Shown piece by piece: positions 61,355 through 64,000 of a DNA stretch of 64,000 nt (positions within the stretch are counted from its first letter, which is position 1; every line of letters starts with the position of its first letter). The stretch spans positions 11,908 to 75,907 of the forward strand of contig JAQGIV010000084.1 of assembly GCA_028290945.1 (NCBI GenBank). The letters run 5' to 3'. This stretch comes from Phenylobacterium sp. (GTDB lineage: Bacteria; Pseudomonadota; Alphaproteobacteria; Caulobacterales; Caulobacteraceae). Position numbers and translations under genes: made by a program. The notes beneath the pieces are model-generated. The model ran no database searches. It was not told the origin of the DNA and saw nothing but the letters and a program-made list of their open reading frames with translations.

Positions 61355-64000
61355 ATGACCCATCCATCGCGTGGCGGCGTAGATCGCCGGCGCCTGCTCT
61401 CGCTGGGCGGCGCGGGCGTCGCTGCCGGCGCCATCCCTGCGGCCGCCGTCGCCGGGGCCAAGGCGAAGCACCGCGGAGCCAAGCTCCAGGTCTCGATCAT
61501 CGAGGGGACCAATATCGCGGTTTCCGTCGCCCCGGACGGCAAGACCCTGGCCTTCGATCTCTTCGGCGTGATCTGGACCCTGCCGATCAACGGCGGCGCG
61601 GCCCGGCGGCTGACCGACGACCTTACCGATGGCGCCCAGCCGGACTGGTCGCCGGATGGCCGGCGGCTGGTCTTCCAATCCTACCGCGACGGGACCTTTC
61701 AAGTCTGGACGGTCAACGCCGACGGCTCGGGGCTCGCTCAGCACACGCACGGCCCGTTCGATTGCCGGGAGCCGCGCTTTTCGCCGGACGGCAAGACCGT
61801 CGCCTTCTCGTCCGACCGCAGCGGCCGCTACGCGATCCACGTCCTCGACCTGGGGTCCGGGGAGGTCCGGCTCTGGGCTAGCAGCGAGGGCGAGGCCTGC
61901 GAACCGGCCTGGTCGCCGGACGGGACCAAGATCGCCTTCGCCGTTGACCGCGCGCGGATCGAGGTTGTCGACGCCCAGGGCGTTCGCACCACGGGCCCCA
62001 GCGTCACGGCCTCCACGGACCGGATGGTTCCGGTGGAGCTGCACAGCCCGGCCTTCACGCCCGACGGGCGACACCTGGTGTATTCGGTGATCGACCACGG
62101 CCGAGCCGAGCTGCGCGGCCCGGCCGGCGCTCTGGTCACCGGGCAGGATGTCTTCCCCTTCCGCCCGGCCTGGCTGCCCAACGGCGACTTGATCTACGCC
62201 GCCGACGGCAAGATCCGGCGGCGGCCGAAGGCCGGCGGCCAAGCCACCGATATCGGTTTTTCGCTCAAGGTCCCGGTGGTGAAGCCGGCCTATGTGAAGC
62301 GCGGCCGCGACTTCGAGGGCGGGACGCCAAGGCCCGTGGTCGGCATCGGCAGCCCCGCGCTGTCGCCGGATGGCGGCCAGGTGGTGTTCCGCGCCCTCAA
62401 CGGCCTTTGGCTGCTGACCCGCGGCGCCAAGGCGGCGCCTTTGGTGAAGGACGGCTTTTGGGTGTGCGATCCCGCCTGGTCGCCGGATGGACGGACCTTG
62501 GCCTATTCCACCGACCGGGGCGGCAAGCTCGACATCTGGCTGCGCGACATGGCCAGCGGAACGGAGCGCAACCTGACCCGCCACAAGGACGCGGCGCTGT
62601 CGGCGGCGTGGTCGCGAGATGGCAAGACCATCGCCTTCCTAGACCAGACGGGCTCGCTCCACACCGTGGACGTCGCCAGCGGTCAGATCAGCCAGGTGTT
62701 CGGGGCCATCTGGGAGCCGGGCAAGCCCACCTGGAGTCCGGATGGGCGAACCTTGGCCTTGGCGGCCTTCAAGCCCTATTCGAGCCGTTTCCGCGAGGGG
62801 CTCAGCGAGATCCTCACCGTGGACGTGGCCAGCGGCGCGGCGACCTACCAGGCGGTGTTGCCGCACAAGTCGCTGGGCACGCGTGGCGACGACGGCCCGG
62901 TCTGGTCGCCGGACGGGACGCGGCTGGCCTTTGTGTTCGCGAGCCGGCTGCATGTGGCGGAGGTGGACGCCAAGGGTCGCTTCAGGGGGCCGCCCAAGGC
63001 GCTCAACGACGAGGTCACCGACGCCCCGACCTGGAGCGGCGACAGCGGCAGCCTGCTCTATCTCAGCAACGGCAAGCTCCGCCTGATCGGCGCGGCCGGC
63101 GGCGCGCCGACCACCATCCCGCACGGGATCACCTGGGCGACCGCCAAGCCGAAAGGCCGGGTTGTGGTGCGCGCCGGCCGCCTCTGGCAGGGCCTGACGC
63201 CGGAGGTCCGCAGGGACGTGGACGTGGTGATCGTCGGCAATCGGATCGCCGATCTGCTGCCGGCCGGGTCGGCGGTTGGCGACGCCCGCGTGGTCGACGC
63301 CAGGGGCGCGACCGTCATCCCCGGCCTGGTGGAGATGCACGCCCATCGGCAGATGCAGGGCTACGGCTATGGCGACCGGGAGGGTCGGCTGTGGCTGTCG
63401 CTGGGCGTCACCACCACACGCTCGCCCGGCTCGCCCGCCTACCACATGGTCGAAGACCGCGAGGCGATCGATGCCGGCGCCCGCGTCGGGCCGCGCTACT
63501 TTGCGACCGGCGAGGCGATCGACGGGTCACGGATCTTCTACAATTTCATGCGCCCTGTGACGGAGCCGGGGCAGATGGCGCTCGAGCTCTCGCGCGCCAA
63601 GGCGCTGGGTTACGACCTCATCAAGTCCTACGTCCGCCAGCCGCTGCAGGCGCAGCGCGACGTCACCGCCTGGGCGCACGCCCACGGCATCCCGGTGACC
63701 TCGCACTACCATTATCCGGCGCTCGCCTTCGGGCTCGACGGCATGGAGCACATCGGAGCCACGGCGCGCACCGGCTATTCCCGCACCACCAGCGCGCTCG
63801 GCCTGAGCTACCAGGACGTCACCGCCCTGTTCGTGGCCAGCCAGGCGCGCCGCACTCCGACCCTGTTCACCGCGTCGGCCCTGTACGGCCAGGACCGCTC
63901 GCTGGTCGACGATCCGCGCATCGCAGCGCTCTATCCGCCCTGGGAGCTCGCCAAGCTCAAGCAGCGGGCGGAGCAGTCGGCCTCAGGCGACAACAGCGTC
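61355..64000 (+). CDS. Tat-exported TolB-like beta-propeller (PD40) plus amidohydrolase fusion (runs off window end)
   Basis: Manual translation: DRRRLL twin-Arg signal, repeated P.WSPDG motifs, in-frame VIPGLVEMHAH near 63314-63346. Confidence 0.88.
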   Translation, partial: MTHPSRGGVDRRRLLSLGGAGVAAGAIPAAAVAGAKAKHRGAKLQVSIIEGTNIAVSVAPDGKTLAFDLFGVIWTLPINGGAARRLTDDLTDGAQPDWSPDGRRLVFQSYRDGTFQVWTVNADGSGLAQHTHGPFDCREPRFSPDGKTVAFSSDRSGRYAIHVLDLGSGEVRLWASSEGEACEPAWSPDGTKIAFAVDRARIEVVDAQGVRTTGPSVTASTDRMVPVELHSPAFTPDGRHLVYSVIDHGRAELRGPAGALVTGQDVFPFRPAWLPNGDLIYAADGKIRRRPKAGGQATDIGFSLKVPVVKPAYVKRGRDFEGGTPRPVVGIGSPALSPDGGQVVFRALNGLWLLTRGAKAAPLVKDGFWVCDPAWSPDGRTLAYSTDRGGKLDIWLRDMASGTERNLTRHKDAALSAAWSRDGKTIAFLDQTGSLHTVDVASGQISQVFGAIWEPGKPTWSPDGRTLALAAFKPYSSRFREGLSEILTVDVASGAATYQAVLPHKSLGTRGDDGPVWSPDGTRLAFVFASRLHVAEVDAKGRFRGPPKALNDEVTDAPTWSGDSGSLLYLSNGKLRLIGAAGGAPTTIPHGITWATAKPKGRVVVRAGRLWQGLTPEVRRDVDVVIVGNRIADLLPAGSAVGDARVVDARGATVIPGLVEMHAHRQMQGYGYGDREGRLWLSLGVTTTRSPGSPAYHMVEDREAIDAGARVGPRYFATGEAIDGSRIFYNFMRPVTEPGQMALELSRAKALGYDLIKSYVRQPLQAQRDVTAWAHAHGIPVTSHYHYPALAFGLDGMEHIGATARTGYSRTTSALGLSYQDVTALFVASQARRTPTLFTASALYGQDRSLVDDPRIAALYPPWELAKLKQRAEQSASGDNSV

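Larger units (their letters stand above)
34631..64000. mobile_element. Putative tRNA-Leu-integrated catabolic genomic island (right border not seen)
   Basis: Orientation of the tRNA 3' fragment places the inserted DNA at higher coordinates; accessory catabolic content; no integrase in window. Confidence 0.5.

Noticed and set aside
61500-63050. Recurring TGGTCGCCGGA(C/T)GG DNA repeats
   Set aside because: They encode the WSPDG propeller repeats of the protein, not a DNA-level array

Overview
High-GC alphaproteobacterial chromosome segment, probably Caulobacteraceae/Phenylobacterium-like (inferred from gene content and codon style). (1) 1-14.6 kb, core-like region: gluQ, a WHG-type TetR divergent from three unannotated paralogous 33-34 aa hydrophobic micro-ORFs with a repeated operator/promoter/leader design, an HNH protein, a sulfotransferase-like protein, a LexA-box zinc-ribbon gene, coq7/dsbB/yqaA, a tyrosine-catabolic hppD-iaaA-(ORFan)-hmgA-FAH-marR operon and feoAB. 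(2) 14.7-32.2 kb: a LacI-controlled alpha-glucan utilisation locus (GH87-like alpha-1,3-glucanase, TBDR, GluP, Glk, GH97, MFS). Four perfect GACAGCGCTGTC operators also place three tryptophan-halogenase homologues in this regulon, and one of them lacks its catalytic motifs. (3) 32.3-34.6 kb: a small MarR unit. (4) A tRNA-Leu(CAA) 3'-half at 34631-34687 marks the probable left edge of a genomic island. The island carries an unknown CoA-dependent catabolic pathway: paired ACADs, four paralogous double-hotdog dehydratases, a Rieske oxygenase, a cyclase, two CoA ligases, SDRs, a GMC oxidoreductase and TBDRs. These are tied together by a recurring CATA-N10-TATG motif in LysR-type promoter geometry. 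All calls come from reading the sequence by eye; no database searches were run, so novelty claims are untested.
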